Below are positions 55,901-64,000 of a DNA stretch of 64,000 nucleotides, in pieces (position 1 is the stretch's first letter; every line of letters begins with the position of its first letter). The notes beneath the pieces are model-generated. The model was not told the origin of the DNA. It did not search any database and saw only the letters and a list, made by a program, of their open reading frames with translations. The DNA lies in NCBI GenBank assembly GCA_004431415.1, contig QPMI01000682.1, positions 62,001 through 126,000 of the forward strand, in the 5' to 3' direction. The DNA comes from Cyanophora paradoxa CCMP329. Taxonomy: Eukaryota > Plantae > Glaucophyta. A program made the position numbers and the translations under genes.

Positions 55901-57249
55901 AGAGATGCGAAATATCATGGATAAAAACGAATTATAATGGTGGAGTGGGTGAGGGTCTCTTAGAAATCAATCAGAGGGCGGCAGCAAAGAATATTCACGA
56001 TGAGACCATATCAAGAGTGGTAACAGAGGATTACCTGCAAGCCCAGAACTACATAGATGAAACAGAACTAAATACAATCATTGCAGGTCTAGCTGTGACT
56101 GGGAATTACCTGCCCTTGACAGGAGGGAGTATTGATGGAACAGTGACTGCTGACAACTTTTTTGTTCACACTGAAAGTGATCAAACCTTTCCTGTGGTTC
56201 ACCCAGGAGCTGAGTACGAGATTCCTATTGATCCAGCTATTATGCCCATTAAGATTGACCTACCTTCTGATTATGTAGGAAGGGGTGAACTGAAAACCAT
56301 CTCTTTCACAGGAGACTATAATGATCTTCTAAACAAACCTACTGCTGCAAATCTGCATCCTGTTGCATTTTCGGGTAGTTTCCTTGATCTTAATAATAGA
56401 TCACACACCCACACAAAGGCAGAGATCACAGATTTTGCACATACCCACACAAAATCACAAATTACAGATTTTGCACACTACCACACAAGAGCGGATATTA
56501 CGAATTTTGCTCACAATCATGTAAAATCAGAGATTACAGATTTTGCACACAATCACACAAAGGCTGAGATTACAGATTTTGCCCACAATCACACAAAGGC
56601 AGAGATTACAGATTTTGCACACACTCATGATTGGAATACAGATATTTATAACAAACCAGCACTTTTCTCAGGCAACTACAATGACCTGACGAATAAACCC
56701 ACCCTCGATCCCTTTTCAGCAACCACAATTAGAGCCAACAACACAATGTATGTAGGATCAGGTCAAATTGTAGAGCCAGCAGGACCTATGTTTGAAGAAA
56801 CATGGTTCTTCCACAATTCGCAGAACTACTTTGATAAAACCTTACTTGTTCGTGGAAATGCTTATGCAAGAAATTTCTATGCTATGAACCCTTCCAATAA
56901 TCAGACTATTAGTAGATGCATTACAGAAGCCGATCTTTCCAGTCAACTAAATGCATACTTTAATGGGAAAATTCAAGCAGGAACGTATGTTTACACTACT
57001 CCTTATCTTTGGGCAAACCCTGACCATAGGTTTAACCTCACTATTAATTTCAACAGCAGCTTTGCTAACCCTCCTATTGTAACAACCGGTATACAACACA
57101 ATGAGACAGCCTACTACTACCGAATGTATGTTAGGCTTAAACAAGTTTACAGTAGCTATTTCACTTGTGAGCTTGACATAGTTCCATTAAGTTCTTTTGA
57201 CAGACCAGGATTTCCAGTTACAATTCATTACACTGCTGTCGCAATTTAA
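52993..57249 (+). pseudogene. Large fibre protein of D (two fibre modules, H-type-lectin/gp53-like tip), split by two frameshifts
   Basis: ORFs 52993..53571, 53276..55492 and 55489..57249 are colinear with A's fibre; tip KIQAG...INFNSSFANPPIV...IHYTAV. Confidence 0.75.
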
Positions 57250-57268
57250 CTATTTCTTTATTATAAAG

Positions 57269-58339
57269 ATGACCTCTCTATTAGAAATCCCAAACTATGA
57301 ACTCGCCGCGAAATCACTCCATAGCACCTCTCATGAAGTAGTCGACTCTTCACCCGGTTTTATTTCCAGTGAAACATCAAGCAATTCCTCTTTCACAGAG
57401 AACAATATACTGAGAGTCAAAGAAATTCGATGTGATCGAAATGGGGGCAAGATAAGAACCACAGGAATAATTATCTCGAATAAAAATCAGGTTCAAGCAG
57501 GTCAAATAGTCCCCGATTCAGCAGTGTATGATAATGTGGGTGGATTCACCACAGCACAGATAGTTACTTTTGGTAACACAAGTAATACTTCTGCTCTTGT
57601 AGTTAAAAGTGGAGGAGCCTACATTGGTGATGGAGCAATTGTGGTGGGGACTGTCACAGCAAATCAGTTGACTGTGAGTGGGACAAGTTCATTTTCAGGG
57701 TTGATGAACTTAAATGGTGGTCTTTCAGGAAGTATTCAGTATGGAACTCTCACACTGTCAACAAGATTAACAACTCCTGAGAGTGACACAATTGCAGACA
57801 CCAACTTTATTTACAAACGAAATGGAAGCGCAATTGTGACACTACAAAATATCCAAACAACACCATCAAACAGAGAGGCGATCGTATTTTCATCAGGAAG
57901 CTATCTAAAACGAAATGGTTGCCCCCGTTTTATGGCTTCTGTTATGGCTCCGAATGCAGCAGAAACAACAGTTTCAAAAGCAACCGGAACGAATATTCTA
58001 TTTTCAGGAGTTCTTATCAACCATGGAAACAACTTCAATGGTTCAACATTAGGGAATTTTACCGCCCCTGTTGCAGGAAATTATTACTTCTGTTTCCAAG
58101 TGATAATCTCAACCACTACTGCATCTGAGATTGTTCTGAATCTTCGAAAAAATGGAACAACATCAGAATATGAGGCAAGAGCAACTTTTGCTTCCTCAAT
58201 GTCACAATTACCTATATCATATGAATGCATCATCAACCTTGCTGCAAATGATTGGATACAAATATACAATAATTCCACTGCTGCAATCGTATACACCAAT
58301 CGATCGCACTTTGGAGGAATGCTGATTAGCGCCACATAA
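57269..58339 (+). CDS. Shared-N-domain C1q-head protein of D
   Basis: GNFTAPVAGNYYFCF; N-terminus nearly identical to 37845..38915. Confidence 0.8.
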   Translation: MTSLLEIPNYELAAKSLHSTSHEVVDSSPGFISSETSSNSSFTENNILRVKEIRCDRNGGKIRTTGIIISNKNQVQAGQIVPDSAVYDNVGGFTTAQIVTFGNTSNTSALVVKSGGAYIGDGAIVVGTVTANQLTVSGTSSFSGLMNLNGGLSGSIQYGTLTLSTRLTTPESDTIADTNFIYKRNGSAIVTLQNIQTTPSNREAIVFSSGSYLKRNGCPRFMASVMAPNAAETTVSKATGTNILFSGVLINHGNNFNGSTLGNFTAPVAGNYYFCFQVIISTTTASEIVLNLRKNGTTSEYEARATFASSMSQLPISYECIINLAANDWIQIYNNSTAAIVYTNRSHFGGMLISAT

Positions 58340-58361
58340 TATTGTTACTTTAAAGTAAAGA

Positions 58362-59594
58362 ATGTCTACACAGATTGCTGTTCCTGTTTTCTGTTATGCA
58401 GCCCCAAAATTGCATCAACTCAACCACACAGTGACAGATGCAACCCCTGGGTTTATTTGCACAGAATCCACAGGAGCTGATTCATTTTCTCAAAATTCTG
58501 TGATCAGATGCAAAGAGGTACGATGTGATCGCAATAATGGAAAGGTGAGAACCACTGGTTTAATTGTGTCAAATAAGAACCAAGTCCAATCGGGATCGAT
58601 TGTATCAGATTCAGCAATTTATGATGATGTGGGAGGGTTCACCACACCCAAAATTACTACTTTTGACAACACCATTAATAACTCTGCTCTTGTAGTAAGA
58701 AGTGGAGGAGCCTACATTGGAGATGGGGCAAGTGTTGATGGGACTCTTACAGCAACTCAACTTGCTGTGACAGGGACAACCACTTTTACAGGAATGGTTA
58801 CAGCAAATGGTGGAGTCTCAGTAGCAACCAACTCTCAACCCACCATTACTGCAACAACAAGATTAGTTACTCCTGAAATTGATACAGGGGCAAATGTTAA
58901 TCTTGTGTTGAAGCGAAATAGCAATACCATCGCAACACTTGAAGCCAATTCATTAACAATTATGTCGCGACGCGCGCGACACTACGTTTCTTTCTTTCTC
59001 GTCGTCTATCTCTGAGGTTGGGTTCCTTCGCAGATCCTTTCCTGCTTTCGTGACTCCTCGTAGGGATATGCCTCGTGCATCCTGGAATATAGGCTATTAT
59101 GTACTGAGGTGTACGTGGGCAGGCTATTGGAAAACGAGAACCCTTGCTCCCCGCAGTACATAGGTCTGTTTTTCAGGACCTTTTATGAGGATGGGCCCAT
59201 GGGCAGCTGTCTTGCTATTCTCTACTTGTTAGTGAGGCAGACTGGTAAACTTCGGTTTTGGGTAGACTCGACTTGTCTACTTTCGGAAGGGTCCGGTAGA
59301 TTGATGTGGTAGTGCCGTCAATATACCGTCATTTTTGCAAAAAAATATCAATTCTCAGTTTTTACCAACTCAACAACACAATACCCAATTCAGCTTTTCT
59401 TCAAATTGAATAATGCCGATCCTGGGTGCATTTCTCTTTCTGCTTCCAGCACAGGCACATTAATAGTCAGACCTCTTCAAATGTCCTGCATTCTCAATCT
59501 TGCAGCCAACGAATACGTAACTATTTGGACAACAAACCAGGGGACATATTCCTCTGGAACTACCTTTTGTGGAGAGTTGATAAGTATTACATAA
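58362..59594 (+). pseudogene. Second C1q-head protein of D, disrupted by a foreign insert
   Basis: Homology to 38938..39957 stops at ~58962 and resumes at ~59343 (YQFSVF...LNNADPG). Confidence 0.8.
58963..59335. other. ~370-bp GC-richer foreign insert (possible TE fragment) replacing part of the C1q gene
   Basis: Abrupt compositional change beginning with the palindrome TGTCGCG-acgcg-CGCGACA; no viral homology noticed elsewhere in the window. Confidence 0.6.
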
Positions 59595-59615
59595 TTTTCT
59601 TTTGATAGAGTAAGA

Positions 59616-59879
59616 ATGTCAAATATTTACCAAGTAGTTCTAACTGATACCGAAAAGTTGGGAATGGAATATTGCGCTGCATCTGTTCAGGATTGGATTG
59701 ATAATGCTGCCCACAACAGGGCAAGAATTGCAATTGATGAGATTGTTCAGAAAGAGATCCATTCATGTATATCAACAGGCTTTCAGATACCAACCTCAAA
59801 GGAAGCAATTGTGTTACAGGCATTCCAAAGGGGAACTGTTAAAAAGGCGATTGAATATAACAATGTCACAGAAGAGTAG
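59616..59879 (+). CDS. Conserved 87-aa protein
   Basis: Orthologue of 39980..40243. Confidence 0.65.
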   Translation: MSNIYQVVLTDTEKLGMEYCAASVQDWIDNAAHNRARIAIDEIVQKEIHSCISTGFQIPTSKEAIVLQAFQRGTVKKAIEYNNVTEE

Positions 59880-59917
59880 TGAACATTATTTTTCTTTCCT
59901 TCTTAGTAAAAGAAGCA

Positions 59918-60763
59918 ATGGGTGAATATAATCGAGTTCAACTGCCTATATATTCCCTTGGATCCCCTGCAATGCACTTTCGCCAGCATGAAGTTAATGA
60001 TGAGGTTCGTGGTTTAGAATCCACAGAGAGACCCAACTCCAATGGCAACTCCTTTGATAAAAATTCGATTATTCGAGTTAAAGAGCTGAGAGCTGATAAC
60101 AATTCTGGTGTGGTTAAAACAACTCGACTTCTTGTCACAAATGCAAACTTCTTCCAACCTACTAATGGAGGTCCTGATGCTTACAGTGTTGATCTGAAAG
60201 CCCTTGGTTTCGATAAGAATTCTGCTGCTGTTACTGTGAGATCAGGAGGAGCATTTATTGGGGGTGGCTGCAGAGTTTCAGGTCAGCTTTCATCCTCAAT
60301 TTCATATAATGATGTCCCAGATACTCTAGAGCAAAATGTTGAAGACCCCCAACGAATTCGATTATATATACCAGTTGCACAACAGCCACTAATTCAGTTT
60401 TACCAAGGTTATACTGTCACACTTGAAAACTCTGAATTGATTGAAGGAACCAAAAGAGTAATGAGAGGGCTGGTCATTCCTTCTGCAATGCTTTCTTTAT
60501 GTAGAGCCAACAATAACCAGCCAGGTCACAGATACAATTTCAGTGTTCAAGGATATGATCATTTTGGCACAGGGTTCTGTGTTTATAATAACAATTTCAC
60601 CTATGATCTGTTTGTTACAGATATTGGAAAATATACAATTACAGTTATGGGTATCAGAACAGATATAGCTGCCGTCTCAGCTCTTAGAGGTGTTACTCCT
60701 GATACTCTTTCTCAAACAGGGTTTTACCAAGAGCCAGATGTAATTGATGACCCAACCCCATAA
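59918..60763 (+). CDS. MGEYNR paralogue of D
   Basis: Orthologue of 6983..7825. Confidence 0.78.
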   Translation: MGEYNRVQLPIYSLGSPAMHFRQHEVNDEVRGLESTERPNSNGNSFDKNSIIRVKELRADNNSGVVKTTRLLVTNANFFQPTNGGPDAYSVDLKALGFDKNSAAVTVRSGGAFIGGGCRVSGQLSSSISYNDVPDTLEQNVEDPQRIRLYIPVAQQPLIQFYQGYTVTLENSELIEGTKRVMRGLVIPSAMLSLCRANNNQPGHRYNFSVQGYDHFGTGFCVYNNNFTYDLFVTDIGKYTITVMGIRTDIAAVSALRGVTPDTLSQTGFYQEPDVIDDPTP

Positions 60764-60786
60764 AAGATATATCCCTTTAATGTAAA

Positions 60787-61620
60787 ATGGCTGAGCAACC
60801 CCCACTTGAACGAATAATTACACCTCAGCTTTCATTAGCTGCACCAGCAAACCATGTTCTGCAACATGCTACCTTTGATGATGTGGAAGGTCTCCAATCC
60901 ACAGAGGTCCAACCTACAATGAACACCTTTGGTTCCACCCACAAGCTGAGATTACAGGAACTCAGATGTGATAAAAATAATGGAATAGTTAAGACAACTA
61001 AGCTACTTGTCACAAATGCAAACTTTTCTGCTCATTTTGGAGACCCAGATAGCTATGGAGATCCTCTGTCTACTTATTCTTTTGAATCTAGGTCGGGAGC
61101 TATTAACTGCAAATCGGGGGGAGCTTATATTGGTGATGGTCTTAGGGTTGGTGGGGCTGTTGGAGCGCCTTTATTTGTGAATGATCAACCCAATCCCATT
61201 GATCCCAACACAAGAATTCGAACCTATGTCCCCAGCATGAATGCCCCATACATTATAAAGATATTCCCCATTGTTGTAAATGAACAAACAGCAGTAGTAG
61301 ACTCCCTTGTTGAGATTGGTGACCACTACAAGGTTGTTGTAGATATTCCACCAGATGTATATGCTGTATGCCAAGTTGAAGGTGGAACTCCCAACTTTGC
61401 AGTAGTGATCACCCCATATGATAACTTTGGAATTGCTTATCATGGAGTCAATTTTGGTTTGGAAGACTATCAGTTTCTGGTCAGAGCCACCAAGTTTGGT
61501 ATCTACAAGTGTGTGATGTTTGCAGAGAGAACCGATTTTATTGCAAAGCAGAATACCTATGCTGAATACTATGGCACAAATCGATATTTCCCCATTTTTG
61601 GGCAGGATACTGCTCCATAA
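60787..61620 (+). CDS. ERIITPQL paralogue of D
   Basis: Orthologue of 41160..41990. Confidence 0.8.
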   Translation: MAEQPPLERIITPQLSLAAPANHVLQHATFDDVEGLQSTEVQPTMNTFGSTHKLRLQELRCDKNNGIVKTTKLLVTNANFSAHFGDPDSYGDPLSTYSFESRSGAINCKSGGAYIGDGLRVGGAVGAPLFVNDQPNPIDPNTRIRTYVPSMNAPYIIKIFPIVVNEQTAVVDSLVEIGDHYKVVVDIPPDVYAVCQVEGGTPNFAVVITPYDNFGIAYHGVNFGLEDYQFLVRATKFGIYKCVMFAERTDFIAKQNTYAEYYGTNRYFPIFGQDTAP

Positions 61621-61642
61621 GAATATTGGTTATATATAGAGT

Positions 61643-61915
61643 ATGGATAGTAAAACAAAAAAGTTTATTGATGCTGCTATGACAGTCCATGGTAAAGATA
61701 AATTCGATTACAGTGAGACACATTACATCAAAGCTCAAGAGAAAGTATCTGTTAGATGTTTGCAGTGTAATAAGGTGATCCTTACCTATCCATTTAATCA
61801 TGTGAAGGGATCAGGATGCAGGGAATGCAACAAAAAGCACTCTCAGGCTTATAGGAAAAGGGCAACTTCATCAATCACAGTGGAATATAGAGATGTTTGC
61901 ATTAGGTTCGATTAG
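61643..61915 (+). CDS. DUF723-like Zn-ribbon protein of D
   Basis: Orthologue of 8712..8984. Confidence 0.7.
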   Translation: MDSKTKKFIDAAMTVHGKDKFDYSETHYIKAQEKVSVRCLQCNKVILTYPFNHVKGSGCRECNKKHSQAYRKRATSSITVEYRDVCIRFD

Positions 61916-61944
61916 GTTTAATTAATTTTTCTAAGGTATTCTTA

Positions 61945-62169
61945 ATGGAGACTAAATACAGAGGCTTTCATGTTATGCTTGATTACAAAGCTAAATCAGC
62001 TATTGCAACAGGACATGAGCATGTTAGCTTCCTAGGTAATTGGATTATGGGAACCCTTGAACAAGCTATATTGAGACAAGGTATTAGGATTGTTCATAAA
62101 CACTGTGAGATATTTGATGGCAAAGTATCACCTCCTGGTTTTGCATTGGTTCTGCTATTAGATGAAAGC
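61945..62169 (+). pseudogene. speD: AdoMetDC of D, truncated right after the ES cleavage site by GC-rich DNA
   Basis: RGFHVMLDY...PPGFALVLLLDES, followed by unrelated GC-rich sequence. Confidence 0.85.
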
Positions 62170-63659
62170 GGGACTTTCCGGTACCCGGAAAGTTCACGAC
62201 CGCAAGGTCGTCGCGCCGCATAGGCGTCCCTGCTGCTCGTCAGAGCCTCTCCCGATGTCCACTGCATCTCTGGTGCGTGCCGGACCGCGGCGGTGCCCGC
62301 TGCGACGGTCGGCCGACACTTTCCCCAGATTCCCGGCATCGGCTCGCTGGGCGTCACACGCATCGGGCACCTGAATCATGGTGCGAACCATGCCCATGCG
62401 CGCCGGACGGCGTCGCCGCGCCGAATGACGCTGAAAAGTGTCTCAGGCTCCTTGCACGCCGAAAGGCGCATCTGGACCGCCCTCGGGCATCTGAGTCGTG
62501 ACGAAAGCCATCACTACGTCTACGGTGCGCGCCGGAGAGCACCGCCGCGCCGACTTCGCACGCTGATACGTGCCCCAGGCCCGCCATTCTCGTTGCGAAG
62601 CTTTCGTTTGTGCACCGCAAAGCGCTATTCATTGTCGCCAGTCCCCTGCTTTGCCCCGCGGAGGCGCCGCCGCCGCGTGCCGCTCCGCCGGCGCGCCTTG
62701 CCCAGACTTCGCCAATCTCACCCGCCGCGGCAACAGCTTTGTCTGCTCCAATGACTACGCCTTCCTCTGCCTCGTCGGTCTGTTCCGCGCGCCCAGCCGG
62801 CACGTCGCTTGCTCACCTTGTCCGTTAGATGTCGGCATTCCCCAATTCCGGGGCGGACGGCGTCATACCTGCGCCTGGCACGCCTTCACATTCGGCTCTA
62901 TCGCCTTCTTGTGCGCCCCGCCCGCCTGGCGCGTCCACTGCCTAACCGACGCACACTGCCCCGCCGCGCCCTCACTTTGTCTGTCCGCTAGGGCTCCCCC
63001 GGACGCGCCGTCTCACAGCTGCCGCTTGCTGGTCCGCATCCCTCGCGCTCTGTCGGCTCTCAGCTGATCCCCTCGCAGCGCGAGCTCGATCGCTTCGGCC
63101 GCCGATGCGGCAGTTGACGCCGCGCCCCGCCGCCGCACTCTGCCTGTGAGCTCGAGGGCCCGCCGCCCGCGAGTCCCCGCTCGCAGCTGATCTCCCCCAG
63201 CCGCCGGTGCCGCCAGCGCCGCGCCCCGCCCCGCATCCCGCCCGCCGGGCCCTGGTCCGCCGCCCGCGAGTTATCTCCCAGCCCTCAGCTGATCCTCTAG
63301 ATCTTGCAGCGCAGCTCAACCACACCGAACGCCGGCGCCGCACCGCCACCGTCACCGCGCCCCGACGCCGCATCCTGCCCTCGGGCTCGAAGTTCGCCCC
63401 CCGCGAGTCCTCTCAGCTCTCAGCTGCTCACAATCCGCACAGCGCGAGCTCTTTCTACCTTGGCGCGAACGTGTTCACCTCGCCGCCGCCGCCGCCTCCT
63501 GCCGCTGCTCCCTCCCCCGCCCCTCACGTTCCTCCTCTTGCCGCCTCCCCGCGCACCCGCCCCGCCGGCCCTTCGGGCCCCGGGCCCTGCGGCGGGCCCA
63601 AGGCACCCTCTCTCGCGCTGGTTCGCGGGCTACCCCGCACTTTCGGAGGCGCCGCTGCC

Positions 63660-64000
63660 GTCTCCCCGCTCGCCCGTCGCCTTGCCCCGCCGGCCCGCCG
63701 GCCCCTCGGGCGCGTGCGGCCGTCGCCGTCGCCTCGCTTTGCCACCCCCGCCCCGTTCTCGCGGCGGCCGCCGCCCCGCTCACCCGTCGCCTTGCTCCGC
63801 CACCCCGCAGGCCCGCCGCCCCTCGGGTGCGTGCGGCCGTCGCCGTCGCCTCGCTTTGCCACCCCCGCCCTGTTCTCGCGGCGGCCGCCGCCCGCTCACC
63901 CGTCGCCTTGCTCCGCCACCCCGCAGGCCCGCCGCCCCCGGGCGCGTGCGGCCGTCGCCGTCGCCTCGCTTTGCCACCCCCGCCCCGCCCGCGCGGAGGC
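63660..64000. repeat. GC-rich ~116-bp tandem repeat (about 3 copies, runs to the window end)
   Basis: gcgtgcggccgtcgccgtcgcctcgctttgccacccccgccc at ~63712, 63829 and 63944. Confidence 0.85.

Larger units (their letters stand above)
48691..62169. mobile_element. Element D: partial Polinton-like virus (MCP 5' half, two pentons, patatin, fibre module), outermost of the nest
   Basis: Diverged orthologues of A genes; cut at left by B's terminus and at right by GC-rich DNA within speD. Confidence 0.85.

Noticed and set aside
19721-57249. Programmed frameshifting in capsid or fibre genes
   Set aside because: Most indels are single-base changes in homopolymers and differ between copies; sequencing error or decay is more likely.
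58980-59314. CACTA transposon (CACTAC...GTAGTG) within the insert
   Set aside because: Only 6 bp of terminal match, no TSD, and the insert boundaries extend beyond these motifs.
2520-62169. Bacterial prophage interpretation (tail fibres, Dam, speD)
   Set aside because: No terminase, portal or HK97 capsid genes and no Shine-Dalgarno motifs. The rve integrase, pPolB, A32 ATPase, TIRs with TSD and the LINE-like flank indicate a eukaryotic Polinton-like virus.
62170-64000. Multiple overlapping ORFs in the GC-rich right flank (also 1500-2270)
   Set aside because: Low-complexity Arg/Ala/Gly/Pro ORFs are expected at very high GC; no recognisable domains.

Overview
An AT-rich island of about 59.6 kb (~2520-62169) sits between very GC-rich, eukaryote-like flanks. 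The left flank is the 3' part of a decayed non-LTR retrotransposon. The right flank is GC-rich sequence with a ~116-bp tandem repeat. The island is a nest of four related endogenous Polinton-like viruses (PLVs). Element A (17227-44020, 26.8 kb) is complete, with 1238-bp TIRs and a 6-bp target-site duplication AATGGT. It encodes two penton-like minor capsid proteins, a major capsid protein (MCP), an A32-like packaging ATPase, a TVpol-SF3 helicase, a protein-primed PolB, an rve integrase, a patatin-discoidin fusion, phage-like fibre and C1q proteins, and an AdoMet decarboxylase. A is inserted between the MCP and ATPase genes of element B (11328-48690, minus orientation). B is also interrupted in its PolB by the right end of element C (~2520-11327), and B is itself inserted in the MCP of element D (48691-62169). 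The most notable signals are: (1) a 28-bp fold-back hairpin at element termini, with mirrored substitutions between A and C; (2) an origin-like iteron cassette with conserved architecture but a different repeat word in each element (TAGGCAC, GTGACG, GTGGGG), co-varying with a clean swap of the primase-helicase gene; (3) a modular, shuffled set of bacteriophage-type fibre proteins; (4) AdoMetDC as conserved cargo; (5) a PolB apparently lacking proofreading. Many frameshifts fall in homopolymers and may be sequencing errors. All protein assignments are by motif recognition, without database searches.
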